Source of the DNA: Diplonema japonicum
Lineage: Eukaryota > Protista > Euglenozoa: Diplonemea
Length of the DNA: 64,000 nt
NCBI GenBank assembly: GCA_964019335.1
Contig: OZ025658.1
Location: forward strand, 372,001-436,000
Direction of reading: 5' to 3'
Below are positions 11,339 to 25,410 of the stretch, in pieces. The notes beneath the pieces were generated by a model. That model had not been told where the DNA came from. It worked only from the letters and a program-made list of their open reading frames with translations, and did not search any database. The position numbers were made by a program, and so were the translations under genes. How positions within the stretch are numbered: the first letter of the stretch is position 1; every line of letters starts with the position of its first letter.

Positions 11339-12263
11339 TCAAGCAAATGCAGGGACCCACCTTCCAATCTGATACCAGGGTGATGATGACACACTGTGCG
11401 CAGGGTTGGATTGTGCCTGTTTCGCGGTGACGTTGTTGTGGTGTTTGATGGCCTCTCGCATTATAATACGGTCGTAGGTCTCAGGGATGTCAAGCTCACG
11501 CTGGATGGACTTGAGGAGTGCGTTGCACTTCAGGACCAAGACCATCTCCTTGGGGATCTCCCCCATGACCTCAAGGAGACCGAGGGTCATGTCGGTGCCG
11601 GACACGTGCGGGATGAAGAGGGACTTGGACATTAGTATATTGGACAGTATTTCAGGTTTCCTCACATTCAAATTTTCACAGGCCTTTTTGACAAGGTTTT
11701 CTTGTGCGGTCCCGATCCCAGTCCAGAGCATTGCGTAGTTGTCGATGAAGTCCTGTGTGAGGTTTTGGTACAGCCCGTGGTCTAACCATTGCAACCGCCA
11801 GCCCTTGCCCTCGTCCGTTGGTTCTACGAAGATATTGGCGGGGTGCGGGTCCGCATGCAGATGTCCTTCCTTGAATATCGACCTTGCGACAACCTCAGCT
11901 ACTCGTTCTGCGATGGCCTCCTTGTCCAGCCCTAGTTCTTCGTACTTCTCCTTCTCGTCCACGTTAAACCCCTCGATGTACTGCATCGTTAGGATCTTCC
12001 TCGAACATGTTTCCCACATCACACGTGGCGCCGTCACGTCGTCCCAATCGCTGAAGGTCTCCCTGAACCTCATGCACTGCTCACCTTCTTTTATGAAATC
12101 GACTTCTTGTTCCAGAGTCTGTGTTTATTTGTGTTTTTTTACCCCCCTTTTTTTTCTCAACTTACATTTTGAAAATAACTATGTATCCAAGCAAGGTCCA
12201 CACCGAACTGCAACCCGACCGCTTTCGTCAGGTATCGGAGAATCGTTAAATCTGCTGACATCT

Positions 12264-12299
<36 letters not shown>

Positions 12300-13104
12300 T
12301 TGTGTTACGTAAGCGAGAAAAGGGGAAAAAAGACAACGTCCAAACCCCCCCTTCCCTTCCCTTCCCTTCAAAAGCACACACCATAGCTTCAATATCACGA
12401 TACTGCACTTTAACAGCGAGCTTCTCGCCGCTGTGCTTCTTCTTGGCGACGTGTACCTGTGCCAGCGACGCGGCTTTGATGGGCACAATGTTGAAATCAT
12501 CGAAGAACTCCTCGGGATGACCCGAAAGCCCTCCTAGCTCAGGCCCGCGCGTGAAACAGAAAAGCATCTCCACCATAGACATCGTGTTGGTGTGGTCCAG
12601 ACAGGGCTTCATGGCTATGCACCATTCGAGGGGAAGAACGTGGGGGAGGGTGGAGATCAACTGCCCCACCTTCACATAGATGCCACCTAGATCCAGGAGG
12701 TCTTCTAGAGTTCGTTCCGCGGCTACTTCATGACACCTTGCTCTTTGACGTGCTTGCTGTGATTCGTCAGTCAGGCTGTCGATTAGTGCGTAGTACAGGG
12801 ATAAGGACCAGGTCCTGAAGAAAACCCGCCTCAGCCTCTTCACCGCACGCAGGTAGCCATAAAAGATGTAATCGTATGCCGCCACCATCAGCAGCGTCAC
12901 GGCCAGGATGGTCATTGACATCGGGTTTAGGAATATTCTAGACAGCAACCCCACCTTCCTCACGTTTGCCTTGTTGCCTCCAAACGGGAGGCGGTTGTCA
13001 CCCTTTTTCACGGAGCTTGTTGTTGTTGTTGTTGTTGTTGAGGCCATCCATCTTCGCGATGCTGTGCTGCTCGGCAGCCTTCGCACCGTACGGAGCAACA
13101 ACAT
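11339..13104 (-). CDS. ADCK1: ABC1/UbiB atypical kinase, ADCK1-like, with mitochondrial-type N-terminus (introns 12262-12381, 12119-12165)
   Basis: GGIYVKVGQ, AASLAQVH, AVKVQY, EVDFIKE, HADPHPANI and LDHGL motifs. Spliced length 532 aa. Confidence 0.85.
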
Positions 13105-13254
13105 TTCTTTTTTTTTTTTTTTTAATTATTACCTCCGTCCTAAGGGGATGGTGGTCTAAAGAATATGGGGGAAAGGTGGGGAGTAGAGGGGGGGGGGGGG
13201 GGGGGGGGGGGTTAACACTTTTTTTTAGTGGTATTTTTTTTTTTCTTTTTTCTC

Positions 13255-13706
13255 TTAGATTTCTTCGTTGTCAGTTTCACCATAACCCGCATCTTCACCG
13301 TAGCCCCCGTCATCGAGGTCGATGCTCATAACTGTTAGGAACTCTGTTTCGCTGAGGCCGCCGTCCTTGTCGGTGTCGCCCTGGTGGATGAACTCAGTAG
13401 CGGACTCGGAGAAGTCGTCCGGTTCAAGACGGGAGAGTTCCTCTTTCGTTTCAGCATCCATGCTGTCCATCTTTTCCTGCACGTCCATCTCCAGCCACGT
13501 CGAGAACTCAGCCTTGTCCAGAAGGCCGTCTTTGTTGGCGTCGTACTTTGCGAAAATCTCCGAAACCTCCTCGGGGGTGAACCTTTTTTTTTTTTTTTTC
13601 TTTCTTTTTGTTTTTCTTTTTTTCCCCCATACTCTGCAAAATCTTCATCCTCCCCGCGTACTGCCAACACCGCCATTATTGCCAATATTGTTGTAAGTTT
13701 CATCAT
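13255..13706 (-). CDS. Secreted/ER EF-hand Ca-binding protein, 133 aa (intron 13583-13632)
   Basis: Signal peptide MMKLTTILAIMAVLAVRG; EF-hands DANKDGLLDKAEF and DTDKDGGLSETEF. Intron GTATGG...poly(A)AG restores the frame. Confidence 0.85.
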
Positions 13707-14467
13707 TTTTTTTTTTAAAACTCCCTTTTTTTTTTTTATTTACAGAAATGGGAAAAGGTAGAAATAAAGAAACAATTCTTTTTTTTTGAAGAATGGATGG
13801 GGAGAGGGGATGGGGAGGAGAAAAAAGTGGGGGGGGTACGGTGTATTGAAAAAAAAAAGAGGCGGGGTTGGGGAGGAAAAAAAATGAGCAAAAAAAAAAA
13901 AAATGAAAAACGTGTGTGGGCTATATTTTCCTCGCACGGAGTACAAAATATGGGGGTAAGGGGCGGGTAAGGGAGGGGGGGGGAAACAGAAACAATTTTG
14001 CTGGGATCAAAAAAAAGGGGGGGGAAGATTGCAAAAAAGCAACTTCTCAACCAGTAAATAAAGAGTGACGGAGGAATGGAGGAAGGAAAAAAAAAAAAAA
14101 AGAAAAGGTGAAAAAGACAGGAAAAAAGGGGAAAGGAAAAAAAAAACTTTTTTTATCCCTTCTTTTCGCGCTGCAGTTTCCTCTTTTTTTCTTTCTTTTT
14201 TTTTTTTTTTTTTTTTTTTCTCACTCTTAACCCAACTTAGCCTGGAGCCTTGACAAAAAAAAAATCGTTTAAAATTTCGATCTGCTCAGAAGGGCTGATA
14301 TAAAAAAAAAAAAGAAGAAATATTAAATACCCCTCGGAAAAAAAAAAAAAAAAAAAAAGGCTACTTCGTTGCTTCTTGGGCACATATTTCATTTGTTGCC
14401 TAGAAAAAAAGGCTTTTTTTTTAATAAAAACCAACCCAACCACCCACTCACCCCCTGTTATCCCGGG

Positions 14468-14499
<32 letters not shown>

Positions 14500-14811
14500 T
14501 GCACGAAGAAGTTTCGGGGGGATGGGGGTTTTGTTTTCCTTCTGCTCCCGGAGGGGAACGGGATTTCCATATGAAAATAAAAACAAATAAAAAGAGGGGG
14601 GCTTAAATAAAAAAAAAAAAGGTACAAGACATTGAATAAAAGAAAACCCCAAAAGAAAAAAAAAATTCGAAAAAGAAACCCCAGAGAGAGAAAAAAAAAT
14701 ACGGAGAAGGAGGGAGGGAGAAAAGGGAGGGAGAAAGACACTAAAAAAAAAAAAAAAAAATGGGGCTTTGATTGCAAAAAATCTTTTTTTTTTTTGATTC
14801 ACCCCGTGCTC

Positions 14812-17800
14812 CTAACGCCTTTTGTGCGTAACATCGTGATGTCTTGTGGTAGGAGATGCGTTTCTTTGAGGGGACGCGTTACGAGAAGTTTCCTCATCAC
14901 CGTACCAGGTGGAGAGGAGGAGTTCGCGCTGCTTAGAAGGAACCTGGATATCTCTCCACGTCAATCTGCGGCCATCAGGGATGAAGAACTGGGGTGAGGT
15001 CCCCAGATGCTGGAGTTCGTAGCTGGTGAAGAGATTTGCGATGATCCACCTGGTACCATCCTTGCATGTGTCTACTTCAGAATTCACCTCCCTGATCTCG
15101 TCAAGGATCTCCAATCTAGGCAGCTGCCTCTTCTTTGCCTCCTTAGCAAAGGACGACAGAGTCTGCGGTATGTGTGCCAGCAGTTTGTACAGCTCGTACA
15201 AAGACCTCACCAAAGTCGGCCTCGACTCAAACACGAAGGACAACGCCCTCAGCTTGTGTGCAAGTGCTGTAGACTCCGTCAGCAGTGTCCTGTTCTCCAC
15301 CTGCAGCTCTCTGTTCAGCTGCGACAGTTCGTTCCACTTCCTCTCCCTCTCCTTGTAGTATGTCACCAGTTCTGTCACATCACCGATCGCCGCCTTCTTG
15401 ATCAGCTCCTGCGTCAGGATCTCGTTTTCTGCACTTGATTTACCTGTTATTTTTGTTTTGTTTTGTTGTTGTTGTTTGCAGCATACCAAGCTGGTCTGTA
15501 AGCCTCTCGATCCTGTTGTGGAGGCTGTTGTGCACGTTGCCCTTATTCAGCAAGTCTTCCTCCAACTGCGACAGCAGCCCCTTCAACTTGTCCACTTCGT
15601 AGGCCCTTTCCTTCGCCAGCTGCGACATGTTCGTTTTGTGCTCGTCGGCCAACACCCTCTCCTTCGCCTTGAGCTTGTCCTGCTGATCCCTCACGACCAC
15701 TTCGGTGTCCTTCAGCTTGTTGTTCGCTTCGTCGAGGGCTGCCTGCAGCGCCCTGAAGTAAGCAGGGGACGGGGCGGGGTACCCCAGGCCCCTCATGGTC
15801 TTGACGTCGGCGGCGCCGTGCCACTCGTCGATCTCGTTTAGCAGCTGCGCCAGACGCGACTTGTCGCTGGCAAGCAGGTCGAGCCTGTCGTCGTTCCTCG
15901 TGCTGTCAAGGGAGTCGATGCCGTCGCCGCCAAGCACGTCGTTGCGCAGCCACTTGCCACGGTTGAACACCCTGCAGAGGCTCTGGCACTCTTCCACAGG
16001 CACTTCGTCCGCAAGCAGGCCGGCGTCGACCTCCTCGCTGCCCTTCCCATGCACACCCGAGTTGAAAGCCTTCGTGAATTGATCATCCATGCCATCATCG
16101 GCGCCTGCCTGATGCAGCTCCTTGTCGCGCTGTTCCCTGCCCTTCTTGAAGGCCTCCACGTACTCCTGGCTCTCGGTGTCGGGGACGACGTTGTCCGATG
16201 CCTGCAGCCCATCAAGGAACGCCCTCCTCATATCCGCCCTGTGCAGTGCGTCCTCGTCGCTGAGGCCGTTCACAGCCGCGTACTCGGCTGGCACCACGGA
16301 ACCAATGGCCCCTTGCCTGCCCTTCAGCCACTGCGTAGTCAGCTCCTCCCTGAATGCAGCATCTTCGTCATCTAGAGCATCCTGCTTCCTGTACTGCTCA
16401 GGGAGGGGTGTTACGAGGGACGCCTTCTCACCGTCCTGGAACGCGTCGCGCAGTCTCTGGTTCTTGATCCTTGTGGCCTCGTCCATCTCCTCTTCTTCTT
16501 CCCTGCCATCAAAGGAGTTCCTCGAGGCATCGAAGTCCTGTGCGCTTCGCAGGGCGGCGTTCAGCTCCTTGAGCCTTTCCTCCTTCTCGGCGATAGTCGA
16601 ATCCAGAGCAATCGAGTTCGACGACGCGGCGATCTTGGACGCTTCCTCGAAGCCGCCCAGGTTGTCGATCAGCTGCTCGTACTCGTTGACAGTGAGCTTC
16701 AGGGTCTCGTTCTCATCAGACATACGGTCGTTGCCGTTCTTCTCCTTGCGCAGCTCGTCCCTCAGGCCCTGCAGTGTCTCCTCGAGCTCCACGGTCAGCC
16801 TGTTCATTTGGTGGTCCTTGCCCTGCTGAACAGCGGAAGGGCCCTCCTGCTGCGCCTCGTTGAGGGCTTCCTCAAGCGCCATCCTCACGTCGTCAGAGAG
16901 GTCGTTGTTTTCAAGGGCCTTCTGCACGCTAGGGATGGCCTCGCCTTCGAAACTGTCCTGCTGCAGCTTGGATTTCGAGTCGGGCGACACAGCGGCGTCC
17001 TTCGAAACCTCGTCCAGAACCCGTGCGAGGTCGGCCTCTCTGCCGTAGTACCTTGCAAGGGCATCCCTCACCTCACTCTCCGCTTCCTCAGGGAGCACGT
17101 TGGCGTCAACCACGTCGTGCACGTCAACAACATCCTCGCAGTCGATGAGGGCCTGCTTTACCTCGTCGTCCATGTCGTGGGTCTCAGCAACTTCCTTCAC
17201 TGCGTCTAGAAGTTCCTTCAGCCTACCCTCGCACGCCTTCTTGGCACGCTCGATGTTGTCCTTCTGGTACTCGGGGAGGTCTGTGGTCAGCACGTCCTCG
17301 GCAATCCTCACGTTCTTCTCGATGTTGTTGGTCTTCTTGTCCGCCAACGCCCTGCGCGCTTCCAGAGGCATGTTGGGGTCGCGTGCTGCCTCATTCACGA
17401 TAGCCTCCAGTGACTTCCTCTGCAACTGCTTCCTCTCTAGCACGGCGTTGAGCTTCTCGACAGCCTCGTCAGGGAGCTTGCCCTTCTCGATTGCGTTCCT
17501 CACAACGTCCTCAAGCTGCGCGTTGAAGTTCTCGTGCGCGGCAAGAGCAGTCGCGATCTCAGACCTGGTGGTCGGCCTGATGCCAGCGTCCTGCAGGAGG
17601 AGTCTGACGATCTCAGACACGTTCTGCTCGTTCCTCAGCTTGGCCTTGTCCCTGGATTCATCAGCGAGGTCCTCGTCGTTCTCCGCAGTGCCAACTGCGT
17701 TCAAGAGGGACTGGTTGGTTTCCTCCACAGGGAAGAGTGCCTCCTGCAGGATGTCAACCATCGAGTCCGACAGCTCGCAGGTGTCGAGTACGTCCTTCAC

Positions 17801-20800
17801 AGCCTCCCTCAGGTCCACGTTCGCGCCGTCGGTCTCCTGAAGCGCGTCGTTCAGGGCACGGCGCTGGTACTCGGGCACACCCTCGGCACGGAGCGCGTCA
17901 ATGGCGCTCTCGGTGACGGTGACTTCATCCTCGTTCAGGGCTTCCCTGAGCACCTTACGAACGTCAGCGGGGACAGTGGGGTCGTGGGCAGCCAGCCTTG
18001 CAGCGTGGTAGAGCTCCTTGGTCTTCCCAGTTGCCTCGGCAACGGAGCCATTCAGGATCTCCTGGATGTCACTCGGCATGGTGGGTGACATGGCCTGCGA
18101 CCTGGCCGCGTCAGCCAGTGTGAAGTACCCAGAGTCAGTCTCGGCAATGGCGCTGTGCAGAGCGTGGCGAGTAGCAGGGTGCACGTTCTTGTTCTTCAAC
18201 ACCTTCCTCACTTCAGCAACAATCTGATCAGCGCAGGAGTCGTTGGCAATGACAGCAACTCTCAGCTGCTTGCGAGCGTCAGCAGGCACCTTGTGGTTGT
18301 GGCTCTCCTGACGTGCAACATTGCGAAGGTTAGCCGCTTTGTTGTCGGCTTTGACGAGGGCACCGTGGAGGAGGCGCCTGGTATCAAGTTCGGCTTCGTT
18401 ACCTGCAAGCAACTCCCTGATCTTAGAAGTCACAGCCTGAGGGTTCTCACGGTCAAGACCATCGAAGACCTCCTGGTGGGGGGCAAGCTTGTCTTCGTTA
18501 CTGTCGATGGTGTCCCAGACGTCGACGGCGCGGTCAGCGTTGGTGTTCAGAGCTGTAATCAGGTCCTCACGCACCTTCTCAGGGATGTCGTCACGCTCGG
18601 TCACCATGGCAACGGCCTCTTCCAACGAGGTCACCTTGTTGTCGACACTCCTGGCAATACTCTTCAGGACCTTGCGGTCATCAGCGTTGACTTCTTCGTT
18701 CTCGCAGATGTCTGAAAGGGCAGCAGCCATGTTCGTAGCCCTCGACTCGCAGGTGATGAGGGCAGGCTCGAGGTCCTTAATGGCCTGCTCGGAGATGCCA
18801 CCCTCGGCGACGCAACCCCCGACCGTTGCACAGAGTTCACCCTGCTTGCTCTCAACAGCCGTCAGACCAGTCTTCAGGTTGTCAACAACAACACCAGGGG
18901 TGCCATCGTGGGCAATGGCGTACCTAACGGCGTCGGCGAGGAGGTCTTCCTGCGACACACCCGAGCGGTAGATGGCACTGCGAAGGTGGCGACGGGAGTC
19001 GGCGGGGAGAGTCAGGTTGTCAAGTGTGCCGCGTGCAGCATCCTCAGTGGCAGCAGTGCGACCCTGGTGCACATTGTAGGCGGTGAGCAACACCTTACGG
19101 TCCCCTGCAGGTGTGTCAGCATTCATGGACTTGACACGCACGGCAGTGGGCAGGGCGTTGCGCGGCCCGTCGACAGCGTCCGCAAGTTCCTCGAACTGCT
19201 CATCCATGACGGTTTGGGCAAGCTCATTGCCACGGTTGTCGTGACCGTCCAGGGCAAGCTGGAACTCCTCACGCACATCGTCAGGGAACGCGTGCTCAGA
19301 TGCAAGAAGCTCCCTGACAGCCTCAGGCACGTGGTGCGGTCTGCTGGGGGATGCAATTCTCTCGTTGAGGGCAAGCCTCTGCTCCCTGGAGAGAGCGGCA
19401 TCGTGGATGACGTTCTGCACCTGCTCGTAGAGGGCGGCAACGTTCCTGTCGTTCTCACCAGTAGCCTCCCTGAGATCCTTCTTCACGTCCTCCGCCACGT
19501 TTCCAACAGTGCTGGCCCTCCTGATAGCATTCTGCAGCCTGTCCACGTACCCGTTGGTGCTGTCGTCATCCTTGGAGTCAAGTGCCTCTTCGAACTTCTT
19601 GCGGACATCGGACGGGATGCTATCGGAGACGGATGCCTTCCTTACTGCCTTCTCAAGGTTGTTGGCGTTAGCTTCATCCACCTGATCGCAAGCGTCGATC
19701 AGCTTGGACTTGATTTCCTCGGGGAGGGATGAGTCGTTCACAGCAGCCCTGATGGTGTCGGTCGACTGCTCGGTGTTGTTAGCGAGCACGTTAGCAAGCT
19801 CCTTGCGGACGTCGTCAGGCATGTCCTCATCCATGATACCGGCCACCGCGTCGGAGAGGATCTGGTTGGCGTTCGCCGTCGGGATATGATCGCTCTTGGC
19901 AGGCGAGCTGTTGAGCATCCTGTGCTTGGACATAAGTTCCCTGAGGAAGGCAACTTCATCTTCGTCCATGTCCTCCCAGTCGGGCAGGTTCACAGCACCC
20001 TCAGGGCCGCCCTGGAACTTGTACCTGTCATTGATGCCCATCACCTTCTCCTGCTCCTTCTCTTTAAGCTCGTCCAGCGCAGGAAGTTCGGGGACGATCT
20101 CCCCACCGATGGAGATGAGACCGTGCTCCTTCCTGAAGTTTTCACGGTCGGACTCGTTCCTGTGCTTAGCAATCACGGAGAGGACCTTGTCCTTGTTCTC
20201 AGGCGACAGGTCGTCGATGTTGACCTCGCCGAGGCCAGTGACCTTCACAGTGTGCGGTGCACCCAAGATCTCAGGGTTGGCATCGTCGGAAATGAAGTTC
20301 TGTGGCTGTTGTTGTGTGTCCATGGGCATACCTGGATCATGTCCAGCTCATTCTGGTTCAGTGTGTCGGGGTCAAGCCTCACAGAGCGCTCAACACCGAA
20401 CGAGGCAATCTGCTCCCTCAGCTTGTTGAGGTCGTCCAGGGTCTGCTTGTGCTCGCTCATAACCCTCTCGTTCTCCGCCTTCAGGGCGTTGTTCTCCTTC
20501 TCCAACCTCTCAAGGAGCTCCATCATCTCCCTCCTCTTGTCGAGGTCATCGGTCATGCTCGGCCTACGCACGCTGTCTCCGTCCTCCTTGTCGGACACGT
20601 TGACATCGAACGGACAGCCGGCGATCCAACCCTGTTGTGTTCTGTTTGTTGCTACGCACTGCATACCCTTTTGTAAGCATCAACAAGCTGCCTGTTGAAA
20701 CCTTCAGAGTGACCAGAGAGCGCGTTGGGCATCTGTGCTGGTTTAATTGCTGCTGTGAAACATACCTCGCCTTGACCCAGTCCTTGAAGGAATGCATCCC

Positions 20801-23282
20801 TCAACTCAGAGCGGAGACTCTGCACGTTCGGGGCATCTGGGCTGTAACTCTCAAGGTACTCATCAGGGATGATCGAAGGCGACTTCTGGCCCTGCGTTGT
20901 GTGTTTGTTGTCTATGTTTTCATTTTCGTACCTGCTTGAAGGCGTTCCTTGCAGCCTCCCTGCGGATCTGTGCCATGGCCTCAAGGTCAGACACGCTGTC
21001 CTGGTACTCGGTGGGCAGCTCGACGTTAGGGCCAAGGGTCAAACCGTACAGGAAGTGCTCACGGAGCTTCCTGCGGCGTTCCCTCTCCTCGGTGGGGAGG
21101 CCAGCCTCGTCGTTGAACTCCTCGGGGATCTGCCCAGTGGCGTAGCGGCCCCTCAGGAAGGAAGACCTCTGGAAGGCCCTGTTCTTGCGGGTGTCGATGT
21201 CGAGGCTGTCGCTGTCAACGTACTCCTCAGGCACTGCGGCGTACTTGTTGCCAAGACCCCTTGCGAAAGCAACCCTGCGGTCGGTGGTGTGCACGTCGCC
21301 AGGGAAAATGCGCTCGGCATCCTTACCCCTCAGGAAAGCATCGCGCTGTGCCCTGTACTGCTCCATCTCGTAGTCCGATGCACCCTCTGGCTGCTTAGGG
21401 ACGTTCTCAATGTTCCCGTTCACAAGGCCCTCCACGAACTGGCCCCTTGTACGGCGCTTGCTGTCGCGCTCGTTGTCGGAGAACTTGGCGTCATCCAAGT
21501 AGTCGATGGGCACAATGGGCTGTGCTGCTGTTTCGCGCCACTTCGGGAACCTGTATTTTGTATTGTGGCCAACCGGTGCCCCGTGCTGCATACCTGTCGT
21601 CAAGGAAACCGCGCACACGCTCGGCACCTGCAGTGTCACCGTTGCGGTACGCCTTCTCGAGGGCAGCCTTCAGCCTTGCCTCGGTGGCATCAACAATGGG
21701 CCTGTCGTCGCCGGACAGCGGGGCGTTGGCTTTCCCCTTCAGGAAAGCCTCCCTCAGCTTAGCACGTCTCTCCTTCTCGGCGGGTTCGAGGTCGTCCGAA
21801 TCCATGTACTCGGCGGGCATCACTGACCCAGGCTCGAGGCCCTTCTGGTAGGCAGCAAGGACTTCGGGGATGTCGAAATCGGAGTCGGCATGCGAGCCTG
21901 CCTGCTCCAGCTTGTCCTTGAGATCGAAAATCTTCTGGTTGGCCTCCTGGCACTGGCGGCGAAGTTCCCTGGTCAGCTGGTCGTTCTTCTCCTTGGCGGA
22001 GTTGTGGGTGAAGTTCAGCCTGTCCTTCTCGCCGTTGAGCTGGACGCAGATCTGCTCCATCTCAAGGGTCTTCTTCTTCGCATCCTCAACGGACTTCTGG
22101 GCGTCTTCAAGTTGCACCAGTGCTTCTTCCAACCTCCCGTCGGAAGCTGCGTTGACGGCGTTGCGGTATGTGCATTCCGTGTCCCACAGGTTGATGATGC
22201 CGTCGTTGCTTGCAGACCAGACACGTGACACCACAGCCTGGTGGACAGGCAGAAGGGCGTTGATGCAGCCTTCGTGGCACTTGTACTGGCCCTTCTGCTC
22301 GAAGGTCTCAGGGTCCCACACGAAGCAGATGTTCCACGAGCTGCTCCACATGAGCGAGCCGATAAGAGTGAGAGTGTTGATCTGCCCGGTGTGGGGCGAA
22401 TCAATCACCTTGACGCACGGGTTGTGCTCGTCGTCGGTGTTCCACACCCTGATGGTCTTGTCCTCGCTGGCGGACCACAGGTTCTTGCCACAGGCAAAAG
22501 CCAAGGCGTGAACACCACCGGTGTGGTGCTCGAAGGAGTTCAGAAGCGCTCCGCTCTTGACATCCCAGACTTTGATGCTGTTGTCATCGGAACCGGAGAA
22601 GAGCCTCTTCCCGACGACAAGAAGCGCACGCACGTTGTTCTTGTGGCCGTTGAACTGGGCAACACGCTCCATGCGGGGACCGTCCCACTTGACGATCGTG
22701 AAGTCGGCAGAGCCCGTGAACACAAGACGGCTTCCGGGGGTGTCGGCCATGGCGTAAACGCCGCCCACGTGCTCCTTCATCTCCTTCACGAGCTCCATAG
22801 TGTCACTGTTGAACACACGCACAAAGCTGTCAGAGGTACCCACCCACACGAGGTTGCCGTTGACAGGCCCAAGGACAGACCACACAAAGATGTCCTTCTT
22901 CTTCGTAGAGCGGAAGAGACGATCACCGGTCTGTTTGTATATTTTTTTTCTTTTTTCCCGTAGCACATACGTGGAAGTCCCAGACGGAGAAGCATCCCTC
23001 ACGTTCACCGATCCACACTTTCTCGTTCACCACCGCCATGCATCTCACACCGCTGAGCCCCTCGTCCTTCCCAACAGACTTGATGACAGAGGTGCCGGAA
23101 AAGAAGAAGTTGTCTTTCTCAGAATCGAACTTCTGTGCAGGCGAGTTCCTCTTCACCCACTCCCTTGTAGGATTGGTTTGCAGCTGAGACACGGTCCTGC
23201 CGGGAGGCTGCCCAGGCCTCACCGCCTTCTGGTTTGACTCAGAGGACGCATAGTACGACTGTGGTCCTTCGGAATTGGCCAT
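14812..23282 (-). CDS. Giant WD40 + helical-repeat + coiled-coil protein, ~2734 aa, 8 exons (introns 22931-22970, 21551-21593, 20892-20931, 20733-20765, 20632-20666, 20300-20331, 15444-15486); probably cytoskeletal/flagellar
   Basis: Seven ORF-track fragments join in frame through 32-43-nt GT-AG introns. WD40 repeats (SGSDDNSIKVWD, SASEDKTIRVWN), degenerate LPxDVRxxLxxAL helical repeats and coiled coils. Confidence 0.85.
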
Positions 23283-23433
23283 TTAACGCCGCCCGATGAG
23301 GGTAAATGTATCTTTTTTTTTTCGAGATAAAGGGAACCTCCTGTAAGGTGCGCGTGAGTATGAGATAAACATAGGAAAGCGAAGGGAAAGAAAAAGAAGA
23401 AAATGGGAGATAGACATGGGGTAACTAAGCGCC

Positions 23434-25410
23434 TCACACATCATCGAAGAAGTGATCAACCTCGTCGTTGACGCTCTGCTGCGTGCGTTCGTTGAAGCTG
23501 CCGTAGCTCTCGTTGAATTTGATGTGCTCAACAATGTCCTTCTCGGAGACGGTGGGCTTTACGTTCATGAAGGCCTGTGCAAAGTCACGCAGTACCACAG
23601 GACGAACCTGCTCGGAATCAACGTCTTGCAGCTTTGCTCCCTCCTCACGCAATGGCCACAGGGCAGCTTCTCTACAAAGTATTGTCAGGTCTGCACCGCT
23701 GTACCCTTTGGATTTTTTAACTATCAAGCTAAGCTGATCCGCTTCGATACTGTTAGGAACACCAGCCAACGACTTGGATATCAGGATTCCTCTAGCAGTC
23801 TCGTCGGGCAAGGAAATGAACAACCTCTTCTCCATCCGTCTTCGTGCTGCCTCGTCTAGCTCTTGCGGCCTGTTCGTGGCGCCAACTATGAGGATTCTGT
23901 CGTTAGCGCCAGTGCCTGCACCATCAAGCTGCACCAAAAATTCTGTCTTCAACCGCCTTGTGTGGTCTTGTTCCCCGTCACACCTCTGCGTCAACAAGGA
24001 GTCCACCTCATCAATGAAAACAACAGAAGGCTGTTTTATCGACGCCACCGCGAACAGTGCTCTGACCATTTTCTCACCCTCACCAACCCACTTCGACATC
24101 AGTGTGCTAGCTGAGATGTTGAAGAAGGTGCTTTGACTCTCCGATGCAATGGCTTTCCCGATCATCGTCTTGCCTGTACCCGGGGGCCCAAATAGGAGAA
24201 GGCCTTTGGTGGGTTTCCGGATGCCCTTGAACAGGTCTGGCCTTTGCAGCGGCCAGATGATTGCCTCATACACAGCACGCTTCGCATGGTCGAGCCCTGC
24301 AATGTCTGACCATGCAACATAACTAGATGTCAGGATCTCGTTGCACACTGTCTCCAGCAGCTCGGGCTCGATGTTCTTCAGCCTGTCGGGGATGTTCCCG
24401 TCTGCGTCCAACAGCTCTGGGGGTATCTTATCCACCTTGCTGTTCTCTTCTTTCTTCTTCTTCTCCGCTGTGCCCGATGGACCGTTCCCGTTCCCATTCC
24501 CGTAGCTGCTTTCTGGCTCAGATCTCTTGAAGGGTGGCACGAACGCGCGTTTCACTCTGTTTTGTTTTGTTTTTTCCATGACATTGTCCTTCAATACCCA
24601 AGAGTCTTTCCCTTCGAAGGACGGTCCCGCCCACCGCCGGATCCAAGCTTCCCTCGCTTCATGTCGTCAGCTTCCAACTGGCGGCTGGCTGTGACGAACC
24701 CGTTGCTACGATCCTGTGCATGGGGTACGTTTTCTTGTTATTTCCTCAAGTAAAATATCAGATACCTCTTCGGGCTGCTGGGGTACCTGCGGGGGGCAGT
24801 ATGGTTTGCGAGGCTCATCCCTTCTATCATCTATTGAAGGGGGCGGTTTGCTAACAGGGGGACGGGGATAACTAGACGCAGCGGAGGACGCTACAAACGG
24901 TGGGTTCGCAGGCCCTCCTGTTGCGTTGTTGACGGAGCTAAAAAGTGTGGAAGCAGGGGGCGCTGACGAAGAAAGGAGGGGATTGGCACGGGGTTGAGGT
25001 TGGGGTTGGGGTGGGGGGACAACCCGTCGGGTTTTGCACGGTGGCTGAGAGTCGAGCGAGAGGGTGCCCCCGAAGCATGTTTTGTAGATAAAATCTGCTG
25101 GTGCAGCAGCAGCGTCTTCGGTTATGCAGATGCCCAGCTTGTTAGCAGAGAGGTTGAAAGGTGAGTCGTGAACGTTTGTCTTCATCATCACCTTCTCGTA
25201 CCCTTCTGTGAAGTCATCGAAGTGATCCTGGAACACTTCCATCCCCTCCCTGCCCGCTACCACGGATGACGACATCAGGTACCCCAACACCATGCGCCCA
25301 TTTGCCATGCTTTGCTTCGCATCACCATGCCCAGCCAACCCCGCCACATCCTGTAGCCATGTTGCAGTTTCGCGATGGACGTCGCTTAATTGGGAAAAAA
25401 CCGTGTCCAT
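23434..25410 (-). CDS. FIGNL1: Fidgetin-like AAA+ ATPase (introns 24714-24765, 24557-24597)
   Basis: WSDIAGLDHAK, GLLLFGPPGTGKT, FIDEVDSLL and GATNRPQELDEAARRR. Spliced N-region has GFVTASRQL and KTLGVKRAFVPPFK, typical of FIGNL1. Start codon uncertain. Confidence 0.9.

Noticed and set aside
16122-22963. Many long plus-strand ORFs (also 50982-52235, 34730-35569, 60059-60940)
   Set aside because: They are antisense shadows of codon-biased minus-strand genes, with Ser-rich non-protein-like translations.
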